64,000 bases of DNA. Origin: a candidate division WOR-3 bacterium. GTDB lineage: Bacteria > Hydrothermota > Hydrothermia > LBFQ01. The translations under genes were made by a program, and so were the position numbers. Each line of letters starts with the position of its first letter. Within the stretch, counting starts at the first letter, position 1. A model generated the notes under the pieces. The model had not been told where the DNA came from. It worked only from the letters and a program-made list of their open reading frames with translations, and ran no database searches. Of the stretch, positions 47,990 to 57,013 are shown one piece after another. Location of the stretch: contig JALUCS010000093.1 in NCBI GenBank assembly GCA_027050205.1, forward strand, positions 35,533-99,532. The letters are read 5' to 3'.

Positions 47990-48923
47990 CCCTCCCGGTC
48001 GTAAGGAAGTCCCTGACGTTCTCCACTGCCCTCCTCAACGCCCTTTCAAACATCCCCGGTACTATGTTGGAGTTGTGGGGGGAGCCGAGGAAGTTCTCCA
48101 ACTCAAAGAAGGGGTAATCTACGGAGAAAGGCTCACCCTTAAAAGGCTCCCTCCACCAGACGTCAAGGCCGGCTTGGAAGTTCGGGTTCTCCTTCAGATG
48201 CTCGTACAGGTCCCTCTGGTTGATGATCTCCGCACGGGCGACGTTTATCAGGATGGCGTCCCGTTTCATCAGGTTCAGCTCGCGGCGGGTGATGAGGTTC
48301 CGGGTCTCCTTGGTGAGGGGTAGGGAGATGACGAGGACGTCCGAGACCTTCAGGACGTGATCCAGGTCTTTCAAAGTACCTACGAAGGCCACAGGCTCGT
48401 CCGTCCTACCGGAGCGGTTTATGGCAAAGACCTTCATATCAAAGCACCGAAAGGCGCGGGCGACGGCCTTACCTATGCCGCCGAAACCGAGGATGCCGAG
48501 GTTCTTCCCCCTTATCTCCTTGTTGAGGCTGACGCGGTCGTATATCCCCTTCGCCAGCTTGAGGTGGTTGGGCAAGAGCCTCTTCGCCAGGGCGAGGACC
48601 ATACCCATAACATGCTCGGCCATGGGTTCGGCGTAGGCCCCGGCGTTGCTGGCCACTATCACACCTTCGGGTATCTCCCCAAACGGTACGTGGTCCACGC
48701 CGGCCCATATGATCTGGAGGAGCTTGACACCTTTGAGGAGGGAGAGGTCTCCTATCTCCGCATCGGGGTAGATGGATATTACAGCCTCTGCGCCCTTTAG
48801 GGCCTCCGCCCTCTTTTCCTCCGGTATCTCCCGGAGATAAACGACCTCGGCTACACCCTTCAAAACCTCCCCTATCACCCGCTTGTGGTCCTCCTTCGCA
48901 TCAAAGGAGACGACGACCTTCAT
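47955..48923 (-). CDS. D-2-hydroxyacid dehydrogenase
   Basis: AGVD, GFGGIG, LPLT.ET, INVAR, LDVW, SPHN. Confidence 0.93.
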   Translation of the reverse strand: MKVVVSFDAKEDHKRVIGEVLKGVAEVVYLREIPEEKRAEALKGAEAVISIYPDAEIGDLSLLKGVKLLQIIWAGVDHVPFGEIPEGVIVASNAGAYAEPMAEHVMGMVLALAKRLLPNHLKLAKGIYDRVSLNKEIRGKNLGILGFGGIGKAVARAFRCFDMKVFAINRSGRTDEPVAFVGTLKDLDHVLKVSDVLVISLPLTKETRNLITRRELNLMKRDAILINVARAEIINQRDLYEHLKENPNFQAGLDVWWREPFKGEPFSVDYPFFELENFLGSPHNSNIVPGMFERALRRAVENVRDFLTTGRVRNVVRREDYI

Positions 48924-48958
48924 AAGAGGGGTATTCTAAGCGGGGAGGCCTTACCCTA

Positions 48959-48974
48959 TGTTTCACGTGAAACA
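48959..48974. other. parS centromere-like site
   Basis: TGTTTCACGTGAAACA, a perfect palindromic consensus, intergenic. Confidence 0.9.
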
Positions 48975-48976
48975 TT

Positions 48977-49777
48977 TTAAACCACCTTCAGTTTTTGCAG
49001 GATCTTCATCACCTCCTCCGCCCACCCCTTCGGCCCCATACACTTCGCCCTAATGAGGTTGGGGACGGAAACGGGGGCGTACCCCCTCTTCGGGTTGGGT
49101 ATGAGAACGGGAATATCCACCTCCCTTAGCATATCCTCGTCGTTCTCGCTGTCCCCAAGGCCTACCGTAAGGACGGGTTCCCCGAAGGTTTCCTTAACCA
49201 CCTTAACCACCACCCCCTTACCCTGTCGGGCATCTACGAGGTGGTAGAACCTCCCACCCCTCAAGACCCTGTACCCGTTCCTCTCCGCCACCTCAACGAA
49301 CTCCTTTAACTTCCCCTCGTCCTTGGCGATGAAAGGCTCCGTGTAGTCCCTCCTCCTCATCATCTCAAGGGCCTCCCCCTTGAGGCCCGTAAGCCTCTCC
49401 AGGTCCTCAACGTCCATGTCCCCCATCCCCACCAAACCGTACTCTCCGGCGTACCTCTCAAAGAAGGCCCTGACCTCCTCGTAGGGCCTACCGAGTATAA
49501 GGACGCAGAAGCCCTCCCCTACCCTCCTACACCCCTCCGGTAGGGGTTGAAAGTCCTCCGGGAAGAATACGGCGGCCCCGTTCTCAACGGCGAAGGGGGA
49601 GGTGAGGCCTATGTCCCTTAGGAGATGGCGGGTCTCGGCGTACGTCTTACTGGTCACCGGTATTACGGGTATGCTTAGGGCCTTCAGGAGGGATAGGATG
49701 GGGGCGGCCTCCTCCCAGGAGTACGTGAAGTGGTCAATGAGGGTCCCATCCAGATCGGTAAATATGGCCACCTTCAT
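48977..49777 (-). CDS. mpgP: Mannosyl-3-phosphoglycerate phosphatase (HAD-IIB)
   Basis: FTDLDGTL, TSKT.AE, VENG, GGRFYH, LGDSEND, GPKGW. Confidence 0.88.
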   Translation of the reverse strand: MKVAIFTDLDGTLIDHFTYSWEEAAPILSLLKALSIPVIPVTSKTYAETRHLLRDIGLTSPFAVENGAAVFFPEDFQPLPEGCRRVGEGFCVLILGRPYEEVRAFFERYAGEYGLVGMGDMDVEDLERLTGLKGEALEMMRRRDYTEPFIAKDEGKLKEFVEVAERNGYRVLRGGRFYHLVDARQGKGVVVKVVKETFGEPVLTVGLGDSENDEDMLREVDIPVLIPNPKRGYAPVSVPNLIRAKCMGPKGWAEEVMKILQKLKVV

Positions 49778-49804
49778 AACGGTTTAGATTGTAAGGCCGG
49801 TTGG

Positions 49805-51721
49805 CTATCCCTCTCCGGCTTTCCGCTCGTCGCTAAGGCTCTCCAAGACCGCTCCCCCTATGGCGGCCGTGTTGAAGTTCACCCTCTCCATATCGGAGAG
49901 GAGGTCCAGATACACCTCCCCCGACTGGGCGTTGGATACGTCTATCCTCGTGTAGAACTCCTTCCTCTTGCGGTCAAGGAGGGCCTTCACCTCCTTTGCC
50001 CTCGCCAGAAGTTCCTTGGCCTTCTCCGGGTCCCAGGTCGTGAGGACGACCATAGCGAGGGCGAGGGTCTTCATAACCTCCGAGTGCATCTCCTTTATTC
50101 CGGACAGCTCCTCCTCCGTTAGGCTTATGCCCTCCTTGTACAACTTCTCAACGTTCCGCACGATGGACTTAGAGATTATGTCGCCTATGTTTTCAATCTC
50201 CTCCATTATCTGGGCGAGGGCCACCACCCGCTTGCCCGTCTCCCCCGTCAGGCCGTGGGCCATCACCTTTGAGACGTAGGCGTTTATGGTCTCCTCCGCC
50301 CTGTCTATCTCGTCGTCCATGCTGGCCACCCTCTCAAACACGGCCGGACTCCGGGTCCTTATCGCCTCGTACACGTCCTGAAACATCCTCATAGCGACGT
50401 TGAGGGCGTCGGATATGACCTTCTCCATATAGACCAACAGGAATTCGGGGTCATCGTATATCACGGCGCGGGAGACCCTCTCCTTTATCGGAGACTCCAT
50501 CCTCCAGAGGGAACGGACGTAGGTCAGGGGTACGACTATGGCGGCGAAGAGGAGGTTGTAGTATATGTGGGAGAGGGCTATGTTCTTACTCAAGTCCCTC
50601 ACCCATATGGCCAGCGAGGGGGCGTAGGGGACGGTCGGCAGGAGGGCGAGGGAGAGGGCCGTCCTTCCGAGTAGGTTTATCAGGGCGACCCTACGGGCCA
50701 CCCGCGAGAGCTGGGCGGAGGCCAGTACGGCCGTGAAGGCTGTCCCTATGTTGGCGCCGAGGACGACGGCCAAGGCTCCGGGGAAGGTTATTATCCCGGC
50801 GAAGGCCATGGAGAGGGCTATACCTATGGTTAGGGCGGAGGAATGCACCAGGGCGGCGAAGACCGCCGAGGTGACCAGCATCAAGAGGACGTTGTTGGAG
50901 ATATCGTGGATGAAGGCGATGACGTAGGGGATGGAGGACATATCGGCGAAGGTGCTTCCCATCTGCCATATTCCGAAGAAGGCCAGACCGAAGCCGAAGA
51001 GGGCGCGGCCGTAATGCTCGTAGACCTGCGTAAACCTCTCAAGGTAGTACCCCAGGGCCATCATTACGATGGCGACGTAGGTGAAGCCGAGGGACAGGAT
51101 ACCTACCGTGAAGGTGGTACCCACCCCCGCCCCGGCGTTCATGGCCATGGCGGAGGCCGGCGTGAGGAAGCCGAGGTCGGTTAGGGAGACCACCATAACC
51201 GTAACGGCCGTGGAGGACTGGAAACCGAGGGCTGCTATGAGGCCACCGAGGGCGGCTAAGAGGGGACTCCGGGATAGACGGGTGAGTAGGGTCCTCGTCC
51301 ATCCCCCTACGGCTCTCATTATACCCGTTGAACCCCGATTGAGGCCAAACATAAAGAGGACGAACCCCCCCAGAAGCTCCAAAAGCTTAACTATCCAGTA
51401 GTTCTTCCGCAGTATCCTCCCTCTGAAAGTCAGGGAGGTGTCCTCCGTGGATGCCACGATCCTGACACGGGAGGGTTTGAGGGGTTTAGGCGGTTCGTAC
51501 ACCGCCGTACTGTCGGCCCCCACCCGCACCCTTCGGAGGTCTATCGTATCCCCCATATAGGTGAAGGAGACCTCACACCCCGGCCCGCTCTTAACCCGTA
51601 CGGGCTTGAACCTCTCCCCCACCGTAACCACCTGGTTGTCCCCGGAGAGGTCCACGTTGTAGAGGGTGTCGTACACCCTAAAGAGGGGACACCCCACACC
51701 TACGAGCGACAGCAGGAGCAT
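49805..51721 (-). CDS. Na/Pi cotransporter with PhoU-like C-terminus and extra N-terminal domain
   Basis: QSSTAVT, HSSALT, GANIGT repeats; DDEID..E and IENIGD PhoU motifs. Confidence 0.9.
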   Translation of the reverse strand: MLLLSLVGVGCPLFRVYDTLYNVDLSGDNQVVTVGERFKPVRVKSGPGCEVSFTYMGDTIDLRRVRVGADSTAVYEPPKPLKPSRVRIVASTEDTSLTFRGRILRKNYWIVKLLELLGGFVLFMFGLNRGSTGIMRAVGGWTRTLLTRLSRSPLLAALGGLIAALGFQSSTAVTVMVVSLTDLGFLTPASAMAMNAGAGVGTTFTVGILSLGFTYVAIVMMALGYYLERFTQVYEHYGRALFGFGLAFFGIWQMGSTFADMSSIPYVIAFIHDISNNVLLMLVTSAVFAALVHSSALTIGIALSMAFAGIITFPGALAVVLGANIGTAFTAVLASAQLSRVARRVALINLLGRTALSLALLPTVPYAPSLAIWVRDLSKNIALSHIYYNLLFAAIVVPLTYVRSLWRMESPIKERVSRAVIYDDPEFLLVYMEKVISDALNVAMRMFQDVYEAIRTRSPAVFERVASMDDEIDRAEETINAYVSKVMAHGLTGETGKRVVALAQIMEEIENIGDIISKSIVRNVEKLYKEGISLTEEELSGIKEMHSEVMKTLALAMVVLTTWDPEKAKELLARAKEVKALLDRKRKEFYTRIDVSNAQSGEVYLDLLSDMERVNFNTAAIGGAVLESLSDERKAGEG

Positions 51722-51730
51722 AGGTCCCCT

Positions 51731-52105
51731 TTACGTATCCCTCCAGAGCCTCCGGACCACCGCACCGCCCGACAGGAGTCCGACGAGGAAGAGGAGGGGA
51801 ACAAGGAAGTACTTACCGGTCAGCCTGTAGGACCAGAAGGCACCGGCGGTATAGACGGAGAGGTACATCATAGAGTTCAGGAGGGCCATGTAGGTGGAAA
51901 GGGGTATCCTGTCCTTGAGGGGCTGAAGTCTCCTGTGAAGGTACTCGTTCAGCTTCTCAAGTCCATAATCTGCTGCGAAGACCATCAATATAGGGACGAT
52001 GGCGTAGAGGGAACAGAGTTCTCCGACTTCTAAACTCCGTACAAGGTACGAAAAAACACTGGCGAGGAGCAGGTAAGGTACCCCGAAGACCAGTAGGGAC
52101 GTCAA
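51731..52105 (-). CDS. Hypothetical membrane protein
   Basis: 4 TM segments; in operon. Confidence 0.6.
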   Translation of the reverse strand: MTSLLVFGVPYLLLASVFSYLVRSLEVGELCSLYAIVPILMVFAADYGLEKLNEYLHRRLQPLKDRIPLSTYMALLNSMMYLSVYTAGAFWSYRLTGKYFLVPLLFLVGLLSGGAVVRRLWRDT

Positions 52106-52106
52106 C

Positions 52107-52466
52107 TCACTCCAACCATATGAGGATTATGCCGCAGTTCGGGCAGGTTACGACCTCGTCGTCTCTGGGGGTTAGGGAGGCGGGCAGGGCGGCGAAGCAG
52201 TTGGTACACATATGGTTCACGACGCGGGTTATTCCCCTACCGTACCTCCTCTTCAGCATTTCGTACCTTTGATAGGTTACGGGATCGGCCTTGAGGAGTT
52301 CCTTTGCCAGCTCGTTCCGTTTCCTCTCCAGATCTGCTATCCTCTCCTCCTCAACCTTCAAGCCCGTTTTGGCCTCGTACTCCGGGTCCTTAACCTGCTG
52401 GATGAGGAGGTCCAGATCCTGGAGGAGGTAGAGCTTGCGCAGGTATTCCCTCTTACTCATGGTCAT
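52107..52466 (-). CDS. C4-type zinc-ribbon protein (DUF164-like)
   Basis: LYLLQDLD, CTNC...CPNCGIIL. Confidence 0.8.
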   Translation of the reverse strand: MTMSKREYLRKLYLLQDLDLLIQQVKDPEYEAKTGLKVEEERIADLERKRNELAKELLKADPVTYQRYEMLKRRYGRGITRVVNHMCTNCFAALPASLTPRDDEVVTCPNCGIILIWLE

Positions 52467-52908
52467 GCTCTAAGATGTAGTCTATCAGCTCCTTGGGTGA
52501 GGAGAAGTCCGTCCTTATCTCCCCTTCGTGGGCTATGGCCCTAGACACCCTCGCTATGGAACCGAGGGCGGTCAGGTACTTCATAGACGGGTCGTTGGGG
52601 GTGGCTATGAGCATAAAGAAGAGGTGAACGGGCTTACCGTCAAGGGAGTCGAAGTCCACCCCCTCCTTTGAGACCCCCACTACGAGGGTTATGTTATCCA
52701 CGACGATGCTCCGGGAGTGGGGTATGGCTATACCCTTCCCTATGCCCGTCGACCCCAGGATCTCCCGCTGCATCAGGGACTTGAAGAGGATCTCCTTCTT
52801 CTCCTCGGAGAGATCCAGGACGTCTACCAACTCCTTGAGCGCCTCCTCCTTCGTCTTGGCCTTCATATCAAGGATGACGCGGTCTTCTCTCAAAAGCTCC
52901 TTGAGCAT
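52453..52908 (-). CDS. PTS EIIA component (PtsN-like)
   Basis: REILGSTGIGKGIAIPH, FDSLDGKPV; ATG 52908 with GGAGG SD. Confidence 0.92.
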   Translation of the reverse strand: MLKELLREDRVILDMKAKTKEEALKELVDVLDLSEEKKEILFKSLMQREILGSTGIGKGIAIPHSRSIVVDNITLVVGVSKEGVDFDSLDGKPVHLFFMLIATPNDPSMKYLTALGSIARVSRAIAHEGEIRTDFSSPKELIDYILEHDHE

Positions 52909-52910
52909 CT

Positions 52911-53621
52911 CTATACCTCCTTTTTTTCTTCTTTCTCCAACCTTACAAGGAGGGGGTCGGGTATCCCGACCTCCGCGAAGGCTTCGGCCCTCTGTACACA
53001 CGTGGGACACTTACCGCAGGGCTTCCCATCAACTGGGGAGTAGCAGGACCACGTCCACTCGTAAGGCACACCCAACTTCAGACCCAACCGGATTATGTCG
53101 GGCTTCTTTAGACCTACGAGGGGGGTATGCACCCTTATGCGGAGCTTTCGGTCAAAGGCTAGGGAAGATCCGGCGTTCAGAAGGGCCTCAAGGGCCGACG
53201 CCCATTCGGGGCGGGTGTCGGGGTAGTTGGGTACGTCCGAGGCGTGCACCCCTATGACGAGGTCTGTAATACCGTAGACCTCCATGTACGCCCCCGCCAC
53301 AACCCCGAATACGGAGTTCCTTAGGGGTACGTAGGTGGATATGGTCCCTTCGGGTGGATAGGGTCCCTCCGGGACCTCCATCTTCTCATCGGTTAAGGCC
53401 GACCCCCCTACCCTCTTCAGAAAGGTCAGGTCTACGAGTATATGCTCCCTGACCCCAGCCATCTCCGCCAGCTTCTTGGCGTACTCCAACTCCACCGAGT
53501 GCCTCTGACCGTACAGGAAGGTCAGGGCATACACCTCCTCAAACTTCCCCTTCGCCCACCACAGGGCGGTCGCGGAGTCTATCCCGCCCGAAAGCAGGAC
53601 GATACACCTACCGTTCTCCAT
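52911..53621 (-). CDS. queC: 7-cyano-7-deazaguanine synthase
   Basis: LSGGIDS, YGQRH, TYVPLRN, YPD, TWSCY...CGKCPTC. Confidence 0.95.
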   Translation of the reverse strand: MENGRCIVLLSGGIDSATALWWAKGKFEEVYALTFLYGQRHSVELEYAKKLAEMAGVREHILVDLTFLKRVGGSALTDEKMEVPEGPYPPEGTISTYVPLRNSVFGVVAGAYMEVYGITDLVIGVHASDVPNYPDTRPEWASALEALLNAGSSLAFDRKLRIRVHTPLVGLKKPDIIRLGLKLGVPYEWTWSCYSPVDGKPCGKCPTCVQRAEAFAEVGIPDPLLVRLEKEEKKEV

Positions 53622-53694
53622 ATAGCAGAAACTTGATATTATAGGGTGGAAGGGACGGGGTTAGAATTCCGACATCCGGGATAAGGATAGGTTC

Positions 53695-54321
53695 GTGAAG
53701 GCGTTCCTAAGGCTCCTCTGTGCCTTCGGTCCCCAGAGGTGGTGGCCGAGGGTGTGGCGAGGGGGTAACTTCCGGGACGAGGTGGTGGTGGGGGCCGTCC
53801 TGACGCAGGGGACGAGCTGGAGCAACGTTGAGAGGGCGTTGAGGAACCTGGAGGAGGCGGGGATAAGGGATCTGGAGGCCATCCACAACACTCCGGACGA
53901 AGAGCTGGACCTCCTCCTGAAGCCGGCCGTGTATGTCAGGAGAAAGGTGAGGACCCTGAAGGAGCTTTACCCTATTATCTACGGAAGGAAGGAGCCACCG
54001 AAGAGGGAGGAGCTGCTGAAGGTCTTCGGCATAGGGGAGGAGACGGCCGACGTTATCCTCCTGTACGCCTACGGCGTACCCGTGGTGGTTCTGGACGGAT
54101 ACACCCGTAGGTGGGCGGAGAGGTTCTTCGGTAGGGAGGTGAGGGACGAGGAGCTGCGGAACCTCCTTATGATCTGGAGAGATACCTTCTACCTGAAGGA
54201 GCTACACGCCCTCCTGGACGAGTTGGGGAAGAGGTACTGCCGTAAGGTGCCGCGGTGTGAGGACTGCCCCCTCGCCCCCCTGTGCCGCTATCCCCATACT
54301 ACTCGCCCTTCCGGTCTATAA
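53695..54321 (+). CDS. Endonuclease III-related HhH-GPD protein
   Basis: GAVLTQGTSW.NV, GIGEETAD.ILLYA, C-X6-C-X2-C-X5-C FeS motif. Confidence 0.9.
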   Translation: MKAFLRLLCAFGPQRWWPRVWRGGNFRDEVVVGAVLTQGTSWSNVERALRNLEEAGIRDLEAIHNTPDEELDLLLKPAVYVRRKVRTLKELYPIIYGRKEPPKREELLKVFGIGEETADVILLYAYGVPVVVLDGYTRRWAERFFGREVRDEELRNLLMIWRDTFYLKELHALLDELGKRYCRKVPRCEDCPLAPLCRYPHTTRPSGL

Positions 54322-54352
54322 TACTTTACCGCCAAAAAGGAGGTAGAAGACC

Positions 54353-54610
54353 ATGGCATACGTCATAACCGAACCCTGTAAGGGCGTTAAGTCTGCGGAG
54401 TGCGTCAACGTATGTCCCGTTGACGCGATACACCCCCGCCCCGACGAGCCGGAGTTTGAGAGCGTGGACATGCTCTACATCAACCCCGACGAGTGCATAG
54501 AGTGCGGAGCCTGTGCCTCCGTGTGTCCGGTGAACGCCATCTTCCACGAGGCCGACGTCCCCGAGGAGTACCAGCAGTACATAGAGATCAACGCCAAGTA
54601 CTTCCAGTAG
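54353..54610 (+). CDS. fdxA: Ferredoxin (7Fe type)
   Basis: YVITEPC...CVNVCPVDAI, CIECGACASVCPV; AGGAGG SD. Confidence 0.93.
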   Translation: MAYVITEPCKGVKSAECVNVCPVDAIHPRPDEPEFESVDMLYINPDECIECGACASVCPVNAIFHEADVPEEYQQYIEINAKYFQ

Positions 54611-54617
54611 GGGAGAT

Positions 54618-54641
54618 GGGGGGCGCAAGCCCCCCGCTTTT
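54618..54641 (+). terminator. Intrinsic terminator after ferredoxin
   Basis: GGGGGGC-GCAA-GCCCCCC-GCTTTT. Confidence 0.75.
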
Positions 54642-54653
54642 ATACAGACAGGG

Positions 54654-55946
54654 ATGCTACCGGAAGGGAATTTCTTTGATAGGGTGAACCAGAGGAGAGG
54701 GGGAGAACGGGAAGAAAAGGTCCGTAGAAGGGAGGATAGGAGCAGCAGTTTTCGGTTTGCCGTCGGGGTATCCGAGAGCGACAAGCCCGGAACCGTGGGC
54801 TATCAGGCGGTCAACAGGGCCGTCGCCAGTTTGGGGACGGAGCCTTCCCTGGCCTTCGTGGCTATCTCCAAGGCCCACGAGCAGAACCGTAAGACGGTCC
54901 TCTACAGCGTCAAGGACGTATTGGGGGAGGATGTCCCCGTAATAGGTGCGGTCGTATCCGACCCGATAATGCACAGGGAGGGGATAACGGAGGGAGGGGT
55001 GGCCGTAGCCCTCTGGTCGGCCGACCGGCACGTGGAGATAGGTACCCACCTGATCAAGCTCCACAACCGGGAGGTGGAGGACCTACGGGAGGAGTTGGCC
55101 GAGGCCTTTTCCGGAGATCTGAACAGGAGGTACCTCAACGTCTTAGGGGTTGCCCCTTACTTCTTTGAGGGTGTGGGGGAGAGGTTGGAGGAGGTCTTCC
55201 TCTCCCTAAGCGAGTACGTAGATTTGGCGGTGGTGGGTATAGTGGGGGGGAGGTCCCCGTCGCCGTGGTCCATCGTCCACGGCTGGGACTTCTACTCCAG
55301 CCACCTGTCCCTCGTTACCATAAAGACGGACATCCCCTTCGGTGTCTTCTTCGCCTACGGCTTCCATCCCCTCGTACCTATGGAGGTGACCAGGGCCGAG
55401 GGTAGGTTCGTGGTGGAGGTAGATAACTCTCCCGCCTACGACGTCCTTACGGATATCCTCGTCTCCCGCGGTATCGCTGGCACCGACCTGAAGGACAGGT
55501 CCCGCCTCCGTAAGGTACTCTCCCGCTTTCAGGTGGCCATACCCGACCCGGCCGCAGCCGGTAGGTTCAAGACGACCGTCATACGGGACATCACGCACGA
55601 GGGTGTGGAGCTGGGGATAGGCGTAGTGGAGGGGGACACCGTGTGGCTCATGGAGGCAGACAACGTAGAGGTCCTGAAGAGTACCACCAAAGGAGCGCTC
55701 CGATCCCTATCCTTCTTGAAGGGGGCCAGGCCCGCAGGTCTCCTCTTCTTTGAGAACCATACCCGTATCCTCGCCCTCGGCAAGGACGTAAAGAGGGATG
55801 TAGAGGGGCTGAAGCAGGCGCTCCCCCTACCCTTCCTCGGAATCCCATCCTCGCAGGAGCTGGTCCTACACCACTCCGTCTTCTCCGGGCTACACAGCGG
55901 CGTGGCCGCCGGCGTCCTCTTCGCCAACACCCCAGAACAGCCTTAA
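54654..55946 (+). CDS. FIST signal-transduction domain protein
   Basis: FIST_N-like (VPVIGA, GVAVAL) and FIST_C-like (GFHPL..MEVTRAEGR.V.EVDN.PA) segments. Confidence 0.75.
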   Translation: MLPEGNFFDRVNQRRGGEREEKVRRREDRSSSFRFAVGVSESDKPGTVGYQAVNRAVASLGTEPSLAFVAISKAHEQNRKTVLYSVKDVLGEDVPVIGAVVSDPIMHREGITEGGVAVALWSADRHVEIGTHLIKLHNREVEDLREELAEAFSGDLNRRYLNVLGVAPYFFEGVGERLEEVFLSLSEYVDLAVVGIVGGRSPSPWSIVHGWDFYSSHLSLVTIKTDIPFGVFFAYGFHPLVPMEVTRAEGRFVVEVDNSPAYDVLTDILVSRGIAGTDLKDRSRLRKVLSRFQVAIPDPAAAGRFKTTVIRDITHEGVELGIGVVEGDTVWLMEADNVEVLKSTTKGALRSLSFLKGARPAGLLFFENHTRILALGKDVKRDVEGLKQALPLPFLGIPSSQELVLHHSVFSGLHSGVAAGVLFANTPEQP

Positions 55947-55969
55947 AATACTATAACGGAGGTAAGGGT

Positions 55970-56419
55970 ATGAACCAGCAAGTTGAAGCCATCTTGAAGC
56001 AACTCGTTAAGAGGAACCCACAGATCAAATCTGTGGCAGTGGTGAACTACGAGGGGATCCTGATAGCCTCCCTCCTGTTCCCCGGCACAAACGAGTCTTC
56101 CTTCGGGGCGATGTCGGCCGCTCTCCTCGGTTTGGGCGAGCATGCCCTAAAGGAGATCCAAGGGGGAGACCTACGAGAGATATACGTGCGCGGCGACAGT
56201 ATGATGCTCATAATCGTCGGCATCGGGGACGTTGGCGTGATAGCCATAACCGTGGATTCCGACGCCCCCTTAGGCGTGGTCCTTATGGAGGTCAGGCGTA
56301 CGGCCAACCAGCTCGCCCGCATCCTATCCCAGAAGCAGGACCTCTCCGAGATCCTCGGCTCCGACCTCTCCATCCTGGAGGGCTTCTCCTTCAAGGACAT
56401 CATAGGCGAAGAAGAGTAG
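55970..56419 (+). CDS. mglB: Roadblock/LC7 protein (MglB-like)
   Basis: VVNYEGILIAS, GAMSAALL, LGVVLME; adjacent to mglA. Confidence 0.88.
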   Translation: MNQQVEAILKQLVKRNPQIKSVAVVNYEGILIASLLFPGTNESSFGAMSAALLGLGEHALKEIQGGDLREIYVRGDSMMLIIVGIGDVGVIAITVDSDAPLGVVLMEVRRTANQLARILSQKQDLSEILGSDLSILEGFSFKDIIGEEE

Positions 56420-56422
56420 GGT

Positions 56423-57013
56423 ATGGTCATAGACGTAAGCAAGCGGGAGATAAACGTTAAGATCGTCTATTACGGGCCGGCCGTAAGCGGCAAGACCACC
56501 AACCTGATCGTCATCCACAGGAGGCTCAAGCCGGAGCATCGGGGCGAGATGGTGTCCATAGATACCAAAGGGGAGCGTACCCTCTTCTTCGACTTCCTCC
56601 CCGTGGAGGTCAAGATAGGTGGAGGGTTCAAGGTCCGTTTCCACCTCTACACCGTACCGGGCCAGTACTTCTACAAGACCTCCCGTAAGTTGGTCCTCCG
56701 CGGGGCGGACGGGATAGTATTCGTAGCCGACTCCCAGAGGAGTAGGGCCAGAGACAACAAGATAATTTGGGAGGAGATGAAAGAGTTCCTGGAGGGCCAG
56801 AATACGTCCATCTACGATATTCCGGTAGTCCTCCAGTACAACAAGAGGGACCTTCAGGACATAATGACGGTTGAGGAGATGAACGCCCTGTTTGAGGGTG
56901 GGAAGTTTCCGTACTTTGAGGCCATAGCCGTACAGGGGAAGGGCGTGTTTGAGACCTTGGACGAGATCTCCAAGAGGGTCCTTAGGAGCGTCCTCCAGAA
57001 GGCTCGCGTATGA
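56423..57013 (+). CDS. mglA: MglA-family small GTPase
   Basis: KIVYYGPAVSGKTTN, ERTLFFD, TVPGQ, NKRD, EAIA. Confidence 0.95.
   Translation: MVIDVSKREINVKIVYYGPAVSGKTTNLIVIHRRLKPEHRGEMVSIDTKGERTLFFDFLPVEVKIGGGFKVRFHLYTVPGQYFYKTSRKLVLRGADGIVFVADSQRSRARDNKIIWEEMKEFLEGQNTSIYDIPVVLQYNKRDLQDIMTVEEMNALFEGGKFPYFEAIAVQGKGVFETLDEISKRVLRSVLQKARV

Noticed and set aside
52909..53010. N-terminal extension of the PTS IIA ORF
   Set aside because: Overlaps queC; ATG 52908 has a GGAGG SD
53622..53694. preQ1 riboswitch upstream of queC
   Set aside because: TATAAT lies only about 15 nt before the start, and no preQ1 consensus is visible
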